DNA from: Octopus vulgaris
Taxonomy: Eukaryota
Length of the DNA: 64,000 nucleotides
Assembly: GCA_951406725.2 (NCBI GenBank)
Contig: OX597823.1
Location: 116,746,001 to 116,810,000 of the forward strand
Direction: 5' to 3'
The position numbers and the translations under genes were made by a program. Of the stretch, positions 36,881 through 51,514 are shown piece by piece (positions within the stretch are counted from its first letter, which is position 1; the number at the start of each line of letters is the position of its first letter). The notes under the pieces were generated by a model, which was given only the letters and a program-made list of their open reading frames with translations, had not been told where the DNA came from and ran no database searches.

Positions 36881-37383
36881 GAGTAAGAGAGCAAAGCATG
36901 CTATTAAAGTGACAAAGGGGTAAAATATTCAAAGTCCAGTATACCCATCATGATTACTCGTCTGATAAGGGTACACCAGGTACATGCATCACAACCATAT
37001 ATGCGCAACATGGTGATCTCATATCAAGATAAACAGCACATGACCTTGCAGTTAGGACCCAGTTAAAATTTTTTTCTGGTCGAGTAGCCCATCCTGCTCA
37101 AAAGGTCTCTGAATAAGGGTTGTCTAAGGATGTTGAACGAAACACCCATGTTTCCAAAGGTGAATTATCTAAACCCCAAAGAATTCCTTTGAACACATGG
37201 CTATGATGCTCCCCACTAATTATGCTCGTGATCAGAGATGCATATATTGTCAGCCACTAAGGGACATGCTCAACTGGTTACGGTCAAATAACTGACAAGC
37301 AAATCTGTGGTATTGAGCAGAATATTTGCTGTAACCCATCTTTTATACCAAGACAAAACAATATACATGATAATACTTCCAAT
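36881..37383 (-). mobile_element. Repeat family D, truncated copy between (TTA)n arrays
   Basis: Homology to 30493-31023. Confidence 0.85.
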
Positions 37384-37494
37384 ATTATTATTATAATTAT
37401 TATTATTATTATTATTATTATAATTATTATTATTATTATTATTATAATTATTATTATTATTGCCATTGTCATCATCATCATCATTAGTGTTATG

Positions 37495-37835
37495 CTCTGA
37501 GACCCTCTTAGGTCATGACTGACCATGGGATTGCACTTAGAAAGTTACCCTCCCACGCACAAGTCCAGGCAAGGTTGTTTATGGAAGACCAGCAGTCGCC
37601 CATGCATCCCGGCCTCCCCTCTCCAAACCACCAGTGTTATCCAAGGGAAAGGCAAAGGGGCCGATACAGCTTGGCACCAGTGATGTTGCGACTCATTTCT
37701 ACAGCTGAGTGAACTGGAGCAACGTGAAATAAAGTGTCTTGCTCAAGAACAAAACACGCAGCCCAGTCCAGGATTCGAGCTCACAACCTTACGATTGTAA
37801 GCTCGATGCTGTAACCACTGAGCCATGTGCCTTCA
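37495..37835 (-). mobile_element. SINE family C
   Basis: Reverse complement of the 4878-5180 family. Confidence 0.8.
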
Positions 37836-40800
37836 CATTAGTGTTATTATAATTGTTATTACTATGCAGAAAAAGGGCACATTTTGTGAGGAGAGAAACG
37901 TTACTTAAACCAACTCCAGCACTTGACAACTACTTATGTTGTTACACACAGAAATATGAATGACAATGTCACCTCTTGCTGGACGTGAACTCAGAAATTT
38001 AAGGAACATTAATGAAATACCCTAAGATACTAAGCTTGAGCAGGTGCTAGCAATTTTTACTAATAATTTCTGATATTGGCACAGAGCCAGAATTGTCAGA
38101 GGTGGACACAGCTTATGAAATTAACTCTAGTATTTGACTGTTACTTGTATTATTGATTCTAGAAGCATGACATAGTTTGAAAGTAGAATGAATGCAACAG
38201 AATACTTCAAACTGTGAGCATGTATGCGTGTGTGTATGTTTGTGGGTGTGTGTATGTGTGTGTGTGTGTGTGTGTATGTGTATATATGTATATGTATATA
38301 TATATATATACATACATACATACAGAGAGAGAGAGAGAGAGAGAGAGTTATTGAGTTACTGCTATATTCTCCTCAGTGTTTCATTTTTTCTGGTTTTCTG
38401 ACAATTCTTCTTGATTTCTAAATTATTTACAAGCAGAAAACATTTGTTCTTTTTTTCTCTGTTTGTTTGTTTGTTTGTTGTTGTTGTTGTTGTTGTTGGT
38501 TCCTCCACCTCTTTCTTTGTATTTTTAGCAACAAATCATATTGAAAAATTGATCAAGAAACTTTAAAAACCAAAATTGCTTCCTTCATTTATTTTCTGAA
38601 GGTCATTTCTTAAATTTCCTCCACGAAATCATTCATTAAAACACACAGGAACTTTATTCAGCCATTTCCAAAACCAAATTACTAAGAAATACTGAAAGAG
38701 AAGGAAAGAAATTTAAAGAACTTTTAATTTCCTGATGTATCACAAATCTTTCCATTATAAAAAAAATACACACATACAAAAACCCATAATTTTTATATAT
38801 TTTGTAATTTCTTTCTTTTGCTATTCTTGAAATGAAATAATAATGTGAGGTGAAAGATGAGATCTCTACTAACAACGTTTCCATTGTCTGTTTTCACTGA
38901 AGCTTCCAGTGATTTCCATGATTTCTCTTGATGTTACATCATTTTAGAATGCAATTAAGAGAGATAAGTCAGTTAAACAAGAGCCAAATCCTTCCAAAAT
39001 ACTTGACTGTTTTGAAAATTTCCAATAATAATTTGCCAAATCATTATTGAGAGTCACAATGAAATGTTGTTAGTGAGGTTCTCATTTGGCCTTGGGCCTT
39101 CTGAAATTATGCAGTTTAAAGATGGAAGTGGAGGGGAGAGAGAGAGAGAGTGTGTGTGTGTGAGAGAGAGGGAGAGAGGGAGAGAAGGAAAGAAAGAGAG
39201 AGAGAGAGAGAGATTAATGCCACTATTTCTATATTTGGTTTGTTTATCAGTATCATGATATAATGCTTAATTGACTGTCCCATTAATAATAATGGGACGA
39301 ATGCCAAATATGACAGACCAACTTATTGCTAATTTATCTCTTCAACTATCACTTGATGTCAAGTAGAATTGTCTCGTTAAAAGCATTGTCTGTGTTTGTA
39401 AGGGTGTGGTTATTGCTTAGAGGTAGGAGTGAGGTACTTTACCTGTTTTTACCCACCTCTATTCAATGTAGCTACTTTGAAGAACCTGCCCAAACTTCAC
39501 CTATACCGTATATCATTCCTATCTACTTCATATCTATAGAAACTATTTCTCTAATATTTGTTCCATTACTACAATGTGGTAAACATTATGCAGTTGTTCA
39601 ACATGCTGGACATAGTAGCTAAATATCCCTCAAAGTACACTCTGTCATCTTCTAAAAGGCATATCATATTATGTAGATCAAAGTATATCATGTCTGAAAA
39701 AAAGATTGGTTGTTCCAAACTGAACTGCCCTTCATCAAAACTCTGACAAGAACAACACCATAGCAACCTATTGCTCCTCTCACATACATTCAGCACCTCC
39801 TCCCACCTTTACTCTCTCAGCATAATACTTTATGGCTGGTAGATGAAGCTAAACTTCTTCATGTACCAGTCATGTACAAGGACACCCCTCTACCTAAACT
39901 ATATTTGAATTCCTTCTGTTGTAATCAAATATCATTTTGATTATTAAGGCAGCAAGCTGGCAGAACCATTAGCAAGTCAGACAAAAATGCTTAGCAGCAT
40001 TTCTTACAACTCTTTACATTCTGAGTTCAAATCCCACCAAGGCCAACTTTGTTTCTCATCCCTCTGGGATCACTAGAATAAAGAACCAGTCAAATACAAG
40101 GTTGATATAATTGACTTGCCCTCTCTTTACAAAAGTGCTGGCCTTATGCCAAAACCTGAAAGAGTCATCGTCATCATCGCCATTATCATCACCATCATCA
40201 TCATCATCATCACCACCACCATTGTCATCATCATCATTCAACTCTTGTAGTAGGGAGATATCCTTTCACTTGTTTCAAAGCATAATTTAGCCAAACATTA
40301 CCGAATGAAATTTTCCTTGGAATACTTGTAAAGAGAAATGTAATTATTTTTTAAGGGATAGCTACCCTCGATATCCAGGGTGAGACAACAGGAACAAAAA
40401 ACGGGGTCTGGTTCACAAACTTTCAAAATTTTATTTACACACATGACATTTTTATATCCAAAATGGTTGCCTGGTTACCACACTTAATTATGCTGCAAGA
40501 CCAAGCGTTACAATGGCCAAAAAAGGAAAAGCACAGCACCAAAATGCACAGCACCAAAATGCACAGCTGAATATAAAAGAGGAAGAAGAAAATGAGTAGC
40601 ATATTGAAGAGTTAATTGAAAAATGTCCCAGATACTCAAATCATTGAGAAGACAAGGACAGCAGTAACAACAGCAACGAAATGCCATTTGCCTGATTCCA
40701 AATGCTGTAGTCCATTCATAGAGGAACTATGAAAAGACGAACTTTCCTACAATACAAAAGGAACAGATGGAAATTTTGGATGTGCTACAGTTTCAAAGAT

Positions 40801-41009
40801 AAAAGTGTAAATAGGAGAATTTTGTAAACTCAACAGCCACAGGAACTAATCCAAACGAGAGTGAAGAAAATATTCTAGAACCTCTGCTTAAACAGAAGTA
40901 GATTAAATATCCCCTTACATCAAGTTGTATAGCAAGCACTCTGAGACATATCAAGGGAAATTCTCTGATTTCAAACAGCACAAGGTATGGCATTATCTAC
41001 TGTGTGCAA

Positions 41010-41563
41010 CCCCTTAGCATTTAAACCAACCATATCCAGCCCAAATATTCCACCAGTTTTATGTTCAAACTGACCAAATCTGGTCCCTCACATCTATCCT
41101 ACTGTGTCATTCTAAAAAGAAACAATCAGATCATTAAAATCTTGAATCTACAAAACAATGCATCGTTAATTTAAAACAATCTTAGTAAATAAACATTACA
41201 TGTGACAGAGTAATCTGAACACTGTGGAGGTGCAATGGCCCAGTGGTTAGGGAAGCGAACTTGCGGTTTGAGGATCGCGGTTTCGATTCCCAGACCAGGC
41301 GTGGTGTGTATTTATTGAGCGAAAACACCTAAAAGCTCCACGGGGCTCCAGCAGAGGGTGGTGGCGACCCCTGTTGTACTCTTTCGCCCCAACTTTCTCT
41401 CACTCTCTCTTCCTGTTTCTTAAGTAATGCTGCAATGGATTGGCATCCTGTCCAGCTGGGGGGAACATATATGCCTCAGAAACTGGGAAACCAGGCCCAT
41501 GAGCCTGGCTAGGCTTGGAAAGGGCGCATAAATAAAAAAAAAAATCTGAACTCTAAATGGCTA
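41010..41563. mobile_element. Decayed piggyBac-type MITE interrupted by a SINE
   Basis: CCCCTTAGCATTTAAAC start, CTAAATGGCTAA end; partial sibling near 51980-52050. Confidence 0.55.
41224..41542 (+). mobile_element. tRNA-derived SINE with poly(A) tail
   Basis: TGGCCCAGTGG A-box, GTTTCGATTCC B-box, A-tail; TSD AATCTGAAC(A/T)CT at 41212-41223 and 41543-41554. Confidence 0.85.
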
Positions 41564-42546
41564 AAATTGAAGACACAGTGATAACACAAACTGAAATATC
41601 AAACATGGCTCTGAATCCATTTGATCAGCAGAACAAGAGTGAGAGCAACACTCGAGTGTTCAGTTAATATGGCCTCATGATTGTGCAAACACGATGCACT
41701 TGTTGTTTTGAACATTGGTGGTGATCCTTTTGTCATTCATACTCCTCCTCCTCCTCCTCCTCATATCCTCATAAATTTACTACTTATGTTGCTGTTGGCA
41801 CAAGATTGATTTCTATTTAGTTTTACTTTGTCCTCAATAAAATAATTTTGGTTTACAGTTGAGCCGCTTGCTTTGTTCAAAGAATCATTGTCGCTTTTTA
41901 TAATGACAGATTCTTTGAAACATAGTGAAGAACTCTTCAGGCATTTTCTACTTTTGAGTATTTCATTTTCCTTCTGATATATTTCTATAGCATTTCTCCA
42001 TTCAGTTCAGTTCCTCCATTTCCATCTCCTTTTATTGATTTCACTAAAGATTGAGAGATTTTTTTTCTCTTATTTTCAGGTTTTTTTTCTCTTTCTGTAG
42101 GTTTGTTTTCTATATTGTTTAGTTGGGTTTTGATATTCCAACACAAGCAGATCTGAAAGAATCTCCTCCTTCCTTTGTTATTACTGTGGCTGTTGCATAT
42201 ATTATTTGGGTTATCAATGGTGATATTGATATTCGTAGCTGTTTTTAGTGATCTATGGTGGTCAGGTTTTTGCTTTTTATTGTCGTTGCTTAAAGGTACA
42301 ATTTCTCTTTCATTAATCTGTAGAAACAACTACAAATTATAATTATTTAACTATTTCCACTCTATTTGGTGAAGGTACATCACTTAGTGGTTAGGGTGTT
42401 GGATTCATGACTGTAAGATTGTGGTTTCAATCCCTGGACTGGGCGATCTGTTGCATTCTTGAGCAAAACACTTCATTTCACATTACTTCAGCCCACTCAG
42501 CTGTAGAAATTAGTTTAGCTTGGAGACAGATGGGCTCTGCCAGGCT

Positions 42547-42965
42547 TTCTTATTTCTTTATTGCTTACAAGTGGCTAAACATGGAGGGGACAAACAAGGA
42601 CAGACAAAGGGATTAAGTCAATTAGATCGACCCCAGTGCATAATTGGTACTTAATCTATTAACCCCAAAAGGATGAAAGGCAAAGTCGACCTCGGCGTAA
42701 TTTGAACTCAGAACGTAGTGGCAGATGAAATACCTATTTCTTTACTAACCACAAGGGGCTAAACACAGAGGGGACGAACAAGGACAGACAAATGTATTAA
42801 GTCGATTAGATCGACCCCAGTGCATAACTGGTACTTATTTAATCAACCCTGAAAGGATGAAAGGCAAAATCGACCTTGGCGGAATTTGAACTCAGAACAT
42901 AGCGGCAGACGAACTACCGCTAAGCATTTCGCCCAGTGCGCTAACGTTTCTGCCAGCTCTGCCAA
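42547..42965 (-). mobile_element. SINE family A tandem dimer
   Basis: Two units, junction ~42735. Confidence 0.85.
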
Positions 42966-43661
42966 GCTTTCTCACCCAAGATATGCTGCAAGGCTGCAGC
43001 ACGCCAACTACCCCCAAGGTGTTAAGAGACTTGTCCAAGCTCCTTTCGGTTACAGCCATATTTAGAAGTTCCACCCTTACTATCAACTATTTTTAGATCT
43101 TTCTTATATTTCCTCTTATTCATACTTTCCTTTGCAAAGTTCTTGTCCAACTGTTGTTGGTCAGAAATCTTCATTCATACAAGAATTTGTATTTGCTCTA
43201 TCTTCTTGGTTTCCATTCTCAGTGCTCTACCCATCTTTTAATTAGCATTGCTTGTATTTTTTTTTTTTTTTATTCTTTTCAGTCATTTGACTGTGGCCAT
43301 GTGAATTTTTCATTTGTTATTTGCATTTTCATATTGTGCTTTTTTCTTTTAATTATCTCAATTTTAGACTTGATAAATTTTTAATTTTAAAAATATATTT
43401 CCATGAATGTCACATTCAACAGGATACAGAATTTCTTTTAGATCAGGTCTTGGTTTTTTTCCACAGATATTTTGTACATTAATTAGTATTCTCATTTTGG
43501 GCTAAACTAAACTACTTAATTAGTACAGAAAGGCATTTCTCTCATGTCTATTTGTAAATTTTCTGTTTTATTTGCAGCATCTGAAAGAGTAAAATTCCAG
43601 CCATTTATTTCAATTCTGATCATGCATGCATGCATACATACATTCATTTATTTATTTATTT

Positions 43662-44235
43662 GAATTCGAAATCGAACCAAAATTCGACGACTGGCAACCC
43701 ATGCCAACCCCACTTCATTGGACACTAAACTCTGCTTGTGAAGACCTGTTGGGGCAAGTGAAATCGAAATCAAAATTAAACCAAATTTGATGACTGGCAC
43801 CCGTGCCAGTGGAGCGCTAACATCTCCATGCGAGTGGGATCACTGCCAGAGTGGATGTCTGGCTTCCGTGCTGGTGGCACGTAAAAAGCACCAGTTGAGC
43901 ATGATCGTTACCAGCATCACCTTATTGGCATGTGAACAAAACATTTGAGCGAGGTCGTTGCCAGTGCCACTGGACTGACTCCTGTGCAGGTGACACATAA
44001 AAAACACAATTTCGAGCGTGGCCATTGCCAGCACCACCAGACTGGCCCTCGTGCCAGTGACACGTAAAAGTACCCACCACAATCTCGGAGTAGTTGGCGT
44101 TAAGAAGGGCATCCAGCTGTAGAAACTCTGCCAGATCAAGATTGGAGCCTGGCGCAGCCATCTGGTTCGCCAGTCCTCTGTCAAATCGTCCAACCCATGC
44201 TAGCATGGAAAGCGGACGTTAAATGATAATGTTGA
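43662..44235 (+). mobile_element. RTE 3'UTR with internal TGGCAC(G/A)TAAAAAGCAC repeats
   Basis: Terminal homology to 11500-11686. Confidence 0.85.
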
Positions 44236-45214
44236 TTTATTTATTCATTTAGTTCATTAGTTATTTAAATTGCAATCAGTTTCATTGGATATCGTTTATT
44301 TGGTTCTGGCTACATGTAGTTTTGGCTACATGTAGTTCTGGCTACATGTAGTTTTTCACACTCCATTTTGAAGAAATTTTATTACAAAGTATGCATTTCT
44401 TTCAACTTTGGACTGAACAATATGATTTGCATTTATATTATTTGTTGTTATTTTCTATGGAGAACCGAGTCTGTCTGGTGGTGATTTCACTTGTACTCCA
44501 TTAGTGTGTTTAAACATGATGGCTAATTGAGCATTGTTGTGAACATTTACAATACATTAATTATATGAGACAAAAGCAATCAAATTTTACTAATAAATTA
44601 ATATATTACTGACACAGGTTTCCTTTAGCACTTTTGGAATTTCTTTATGATTTTCTTTGTTATTTCATTGATGTTAGTGAATACTTAGTGAAGCAGCAAA
44701 AACTCCTTTGTTCTCTCGGGTGTATTTTTATCATTATTATTATTATTATCATTATTATCATTGTTATTATTATTATTATCATCATCCTCTTCGTCATCGT
44801 CACCACCATCATCATCATCAAGTCACCAAGCTGGCAGAATCATTAGCAATCTAGGCAAAAGGCTTAGAACCATTTCGTCAATCTTTACATTCTGAGATCA
44901 CATTCTGATGAAATTGACTTTGCATTTTATCTTTTCAGGTTTATAAAATAAGTACCAGCTGAATACTTGGGTCGATGTAATCAATCTATCCCCTTCACTG
45001 AAATTACTGGTCTTGTGCCAAAATTTGAAACTGTTGTTGTTGTTGCTGTTGTTATCAGTTAGAATGGTGGAAATAGAAAATCAGATAAGTAGTGATAGAA
45101 AATTGGAGTTATGAATGGATTAACAGAAATGGTAAAGTGGTAGAGATGCTGAGGTGATAGACTACATATCTTATTGACTTTAGTTCCTCCTCCTAAGTTC
45201 TGTGTTCAAATCCT

Positions 45215-45446
45215 TATTTCTTTATTGTCCACAAGGGGCTAAACATAGAGGGGACAAACAAGGACAGACAAAGAGATTCTGCCGATTATATCGACCCCAG
45301 TGCATAACTGGTACTTAATTTATCAACCCTGAAAAGATGAAAAGCAAAGTTGACCTCGGCAGAATTTGAACTCAGAACGTTGCGTCAGACGAAATACCCC
45401 TAAGCATTTCAGCCGGCGTGCTAATGTTTCAGCCAGGCTCACCGCC
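45215..45446 (-). mobile_element. SINE family A nested in an older SINE
   Basis: Flanked by duplicated TCTGTGTTCAAATCC. Confidence 0.85.
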
Positions 45447-45681
45447 TCTGTGTTCAAATCCTGCCATGGCTATCTCTCAGGGATTAATAATGGCATGAAC
45501 TATCATTGATATTTATTTTCATCTACATCTCCCCTCTCCAAAAGTATGTTATTGTGCCAACATAAATACTTAGCACTGTCATGTCACTGAAGACTTGGTC
45601 TTTGGATTCTTTGATGCTATATTCTTGACACTAGCAATAGTTTATTTGCTGATGATGTCTCATCTGTTGTTTATACTTGTA

Positions 45682-46413
45682 GATGTGTAATGTCAGTGTT
45701 CATACCTGACAGAATGTCAGTGCCCTGAGAGAAAAGTTGGACTTAAGAAGCATCAGATGTGGTATGCAAGAGAGACAACTGCACTGGTATTGTCATATGT
45801 TACAAATGGGTGAGGACAGCTGTGTGAAAAAGTGTCACACCTGGGCAGTAGAGGGAGCTTGCAGAAGAAGTAGACCCAGGAATACCTGGGTTCAGGTGGT
45901 GAAACACAACCTTTGAACGTTGGGCCTCACAGAGGTGATGACAAGTGACCGAGACCTTTGGAGATATGCTGTGCTTGAGAAGACCCAACAAGCCAAGTGA
46001 GACCATAACTGTGGCCTATGCCAGTGCAGCATAACCAGCCCATTTAAGAGTATCTTTCAATCATTGGGCAATAAACAGCACTTGCAAAGACCTGCTGAGT
46101 CAAGTGAAGTCATTGTTATGGCCGATGAAAGTACCGCCTGATTGGCACCCGTGCCAGTGGCACATAAAAAGCACCATTCAAATGTGATCATTGCCAGTGC
46201 CGCCTGACTGACCCTCATGCCAGTGGCATGTAAAAAGCACCCATTACACTCTCGGAGTGGTTGGCATTAGGAAGGGCATCCAGCTGTAGAAACTTTGCCA
46301 GATCAAGATTGGAGCCTAGAGCAACCATCTGGCTTGCCAGCCCTCAGTCAAACCGTCCAACCCATGCCAGCATGGAAAGCAGACATTAAATGACAATGAT
46401 GACGATGATAATG
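45682..46413 (+). mobile_element. Decayed RTE LINE 3' portion
   Basis: Homologous to 11000-11300 (LREKLDLRSIRCGMQERQL) plus 3'UTR and GAT tail. Confidence 0.88.
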
Positions 46414-46589
46414 AGTTCTGTATTTTCCAGCATCCAAGTTGAATTTTTCAGACCATAATTTTTAGCTAAAAGGAGGTAAGTTGACTTATGCACCAAGATG
46501 ATTTTAGAGAACAAAAAATTCCATGTGAAATTATAATCTAAATAGAAACATTTTGATGGGTCATGGAATAATAGAATACAGATATCCTC

Positions 46590-46800
46590 ATCATCATTAT
46601 CATTATCGTTTGCTTTTCATGCTGGCATGGGTTGGACAGTTTGAGTGAGGACTAGCAAGCCAGGAGGCTGCACCAGGCTCATATCTGATCAGGCAAATTT
46701 TCTACAGCTGGATGCCTTTCATAATGCCAACCTCTGCAAGAGCGTAGTGGGTGCTTTTTATGTGCCACCAGCACGTGAGCCAGTCAGGTGGCACTGGCAT
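46590..46800 (-). mobile_element. RTE 3' end
   Basis: Reverse complement of the RTE tail. Confidence 0.75.
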
Positions 46801-46996
46801 ATGGCCCAACAATTGAAGGGTAGTTTTGACACTGGCATTGTCCACAAAAAAGCATGTGACTAAACACTAAGTCCTTTTGGATTTGGAAAATAGTGACAAT
46901 GCTTGAATGTTAAAATGACATGTTTTCAGTATTTGCTACATGAACATGTATGAGAAAATACAGTATATTATTTTGTTAAATTTTGTTAGGATGTTC

Positions 46997-47200
46997 TTTT
47001 ACTTGTTTCAGTCATTTGACTGGCCATGCTGGAGCACTGCCTTTAGTCAAACAAACGACCCCACGACTTATTCTTTGTAAGCCTAGTGCTTATTCTATCG
47101 GTCTCTTTTTCCAACCCGCTAAGCTACGGGTATGTAAACACACCAACACTGGTTGTCAAGCGATGGTGGGGGGTACAAACACAGACACACACAAACAAAT

Positions 47201-47258
<58 letters not shown>

Positions 47259-47405
47259 GATTGGCCTCTTTCAGTTTCTGTCTACCAAATCCATTCACAA
47301 GCCTGTGGCTATAGTAGAAAACACTTGTCCAAGGTGTCACGTAGGGGGACTGAACCTGGAACCATGTGGTTGGGATGCAAGCTTCTTACCACAATAGCTA
47401 TGCCT
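46997..47405 (-). mobile_element. SINE family B
   Basis: Homology to the other B copies. Confidence 0.85.
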
Positions 47406-47827
47406 TTGCCTCTATGGAGACAATATTCTTTTCTACTCAAGGCACAAAGCCCAAAATTTTTGGGAAGGGGCCAGTCGATACATAATTTATCAACCCCGAA
47501 AGGATGAAAGGCAAAGTCGACCTTGGCGGAATTTGAACTCAGAACTTAAAGACAGATGAAATACCACTAAGTATTTCACCGTTTTGCCCAGTGTGCTAAC
47601 GTTTCTGCCAGCTTGCTGCCTTTGTATGGAGAACATATTGCCAGTGTGATTTGTCGGTTGGCTCATCTAAACCATACATCATTCAGTTAGAGCCAAGCGT
47701 ATTCACAAAAAGAAACCCAACGTTTATTTGTTAAACAATCTGTGTTCACCATTCAGGAATACATCAATGACACTCCATTGTCTGTTTTTGACTGGTTTTT
47801 TTATTATTTTCTTTATTTGATTTTTTT

Positions 47828-49005
47828 CATCATCATCATCACCAGCACCACCATCACAATCATCATCATCATCATCATCATCACCGATGTTACCACCACA
47901 GCTTCTATATAAATACCACCACCACCACCACCACCATTACGACTATCATCATCATCGTCATCATTACCACCGTTTGTTTTTTATTGTTGTCATCATTATC
48001 ATCATCATCATCACCTATGTTACCACCACAGCTTCCACTACAAATACTACCACCACTACAACTATCACCATCACCACTGTCAACATCATCATCATCATCA
48101 TCATCATTATGATTATTCGTGTTACTTTGCTCTATCTTATCATTAGACAATTTTGTGAATGAGCAACTGCCATCAATTAAAAATACACTACACCCCCACC
48201 CCACCCCGCACCCCCTCTCTCTCTTTCTCTTCCTTCATGAGAATTCCTTTATTTTTCTTCTCTTTTTTTTAGTTGTTGTTGTTTTCCAATCTTCTCCACA
48301 TATTCAGTTTAATTTATCAAACCTCCTTCCAGTGCATTCCTCTATTCCCCACCCCCATCCCCTTCTCTCTTTCTCCCTCTCTCTCTCTCTTTCTCTCTCC
48401 CTCGTTCTCTTCTCTTTCTCTCTCTCTCGTTCTCTTCTCTTTCTCTCTCTCCATCTCTTGTACTTTCTCCCTATCTCGTTCTTTCTCACACTCGTTCTAT
48501 CTCTCTCTCTCGTTCTCTCTCTCTCATTTTCTCTCTCTCTCGTTCTATCTCTCATTCTCTTTCTCCATCTCTTGTTCTTTCTCCCTATCTCATTCTCTCT
48601 CTTCCTCTCTCTCTCTCTCTCTCTCCCTCTCTCATACACATTATACACTCTCTTTCTTTCACTTCTCTTCTCTCCCTTACATTTGTTGCTTTTGTCATTT
48701 TTACAAATCTTCATTCATTTCAGCTCTTTCTTCACTTTTGTTTTTATTGTTTAGTTTGTTTTTCTTTAATTTTTAAAGATTTTCATTATCCTCCTCCTCC
48801 TCCCCCCCTTCCTCTCTCCCTTCTCCTCAGTTTTATTGACATTATAGTTATTGTTTTTGTGTTCTTTTTTCTACTATTATGTGTGTGTGTGTATATAGAG
48901 AGGGAAGAGAGAAATGGAAAGATATATATATATATATGTATACACATGCATATACACACATATATGCACAAACATACTTGTACATACACATGCATATATA
49001 TATAC

Positions 49006-49036
<31 letters not shown>

Positions 49037-49158
49037 CATACACACACATATATATCCATATACATGTGTTTGTGTGTGTCACAGGTTTTAATATGTGTGT
49101 GTATGCATGTATATATATATATATATATATACACACTCATATATATAAAAAATATATA

Positions 49159-49257
<99 letters not shown>

Positions 49258-49594
49258 GTATATATATGTATGTATGTATATGTATGTATATATATGTATG
49301 TATATGTATGTATGTATGTATATATATATGTCTTACTGTTTCCTTGAGTGTGTTGTCAATTCTTCCCTGAATTGCTTTAATCAACAGTTTTATTGATTTG
49401 GTGCTGCCTAATCAGAGAATGTCGTTTGATGCCACAGCAGAAGATCTGTCAATTAATTGTTATACACACTGTCTGTACATTGGAACTTGCAGCATCTCCT
49501 CACTTCTACTCTCAGGAGTTGATAGTCAAAGAGGATTCGGTAAATTCACTGGAAGAAGATGGGGTAAAATGAGGGTGGTGGTGTTAGTGATTGC

Positions 49595-49632
<38 letters not shown>

Positions 49633-49668
49633 ATGCAGTTGTAGTAGCAGCAGCAGTCGTAATAGTTA

Positions 49669-49706
<38 letters not shown>

Positions 49707-50249
49707 ATACTGGGGTGCAAGCAGTTGTAATGGTCGCAATGGCAGTAGAGTTCATGGTGGTGGTAGTAGCAGTGGTGGTTGTGATGACAATATTTACAGT
49801 AGTAGTAGTAGTAGTTGTAGTGGTAGTAGTAGTAGCAGTAGTAGTAGTAGTAACTATGGTGTTTGCTGGTGGTGATGGTAGTTCAAGCCACTGTAACGGT
49901 TCTGGTAGCAGCAGCAGTGGTGCTGCTAGTAGTAGTAGTAGTTATGGAAATTGTGGAGGTGATAGTGATGCTAGCAGTTGTAAGGATTGTGGCAGGGGTG
50001 GTGCTGGTATTGGTGGTAGCAGTGGTTGTGATGGTAATATTTACATCAGTTGTAGTAGAGGTAGGAATGTCAGTGGTGGTGGTGATGGTTGTCATCGTGG
50101 TCGTCATCATCGTCATAATCGTTGTGGTGTTGGTGGTGGTGGTGGTGGTGGGGTACTAATAATAGGGTAGTTATAGTCGCAGCAGAGGTAATAGTAGCAA
50201 GGTTGAGGTTGGTGATGGTAAGAATGGTGATAAGGTGGCAGCAATACTT

Positions 50250-50283
<34 letters not shown>

Positions 50284-50684
50284 GGAGGGAGGTCTGTATC
50301 CTTTGATGTTGCATCTAGTGCCCACTTGTTGAAGTAGGGAAGGAGTGCAGAAGTGCAAAATGCGTGTATGTGGATGCACACACGTGCACGTGTGAGATGT
50401 GTGTGATGCAGAATGTGTGTGTTTGGGTAGATGTGTATGTGTGTGTTTAAATGGATGCACACCTGTGTATGGAGCGACGTATGCGTGTGTTTGAATAGAA
50501 TGTGTAGCTGTGTGTGTGTGTGTGTGTGAGAAATGCCTAATTTTAAACTTAATTTAAAATGTCATTTACAGAAGATGTTAAAACAAAAGAAATGGTGTAG
50601 AAAGGGTGCCAGTGTTAGGAGAAGGAGAAGATATACAGAGTATGAGAGAGAGAGAGGGAAAGGGAGAGAGGTTATATATATATA

Positions 50685-50730
<46 letters not shown>

Positions 50731-50739
50731 TATATATAA

Positions 50740-50778
<39 letters not shown>

Positions 50779-50780
50779 GA
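47828..50780. repeat. Large low-complexity block: (CAT/CAC)n, (CT)n, (TA/TATG)n, (GTA/GTG)n, with short unique islands
   Basis: Directly visible; source of many spurious ORFs. Confidence 0.9.
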
Positions 50781-51129
50781 GATAGGGAGGATGTGTAGTG
50801 AGAGGAAAGAATGGTAGAAGATTGGGAGGTGAATCATAAAGAACAAATAAGAGAAATAATAAAACAAGAAAGATAGAGAGGGATAAAGAGGGAGAACATG
50901 TATTATAAAAGGGGAGAGAAAGAGAGTCTGTGAGTATATTTGAGAGAGAGGAAGCAAGTGAGTGAGTGATGAAGATAGAGAGGGAGGAAGAGAAGAAGAG
51001 GCTGAGATTGACAAATGAAGAATGCGTTGTGCAGAGTGTATAATATGTAGAAAGTGTTTTGTGTGAGATTATTATGGAGAGGCCGTGTGTTACATAGAGT
51101 GTATTATGTAAAGTGTTATGTAGATGTTA

Positions 51130-51403
51130 CGGAGATGTACTTGCATAGCAAGGGATTTGATCTGAGATCGTGTGCTGAAACGAAAACAATTGCAGCATGG
51201 AATGTGTTTATAAGCCATTTAAGAAACACACAAAAACCATTAGATTCACTTCAACATTTAAGTTTAATTTGTCAAAACATTTTCGTAGCTTTAAGACCGC
51301 GACCTGTTCACTTGACAAAAATCCGTGCTGCATCACGGATTTTTGTCAATGATCAGGTCGCGGTCTTAAAGCGACGAAAATGTTTTGACAAATTAAACTT
51401 AAA
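51130..51403. mobile_element. Hairpin insertion (arms 51256-51404) with one-sided extension and 13-bp TSD (Penelope-like)
   Basis: TATGTAGATGTTA at 51117-51129 and 51404-51416; ~72-bp inverted arms around CTGCAT. Confidence 0.7.
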
Positions 51404-51514
51404 TATGTAGATGTTATATGTCAGACTTATTATGTAGAATGTGTCATGTAGTATGCATGTTATGTGGTGCATGTTACGTAGGGTGCGTCATGCTGAGAAT
51501 GTTATCTACAGTGA

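Noticed and set aside
41226-41300. tRNA-like sequence
   Set aside because: Head of a SINE with body, poly(A) tail and TSD
43662-44100. Spaced TGGCAC..AAAAGCAC repeats resembling a CRISPR array
   Set aside because: Irregular degenerate repeats of the RTE 3'UTR, also at 46140 and 62840; eukaryotic context with no cas genes
49715-50170. Gly/Ser/Cys-rich 151-aa ORF
   Set aside because: Degenerate (GTA/GTG)n repeat with no splice or domain support
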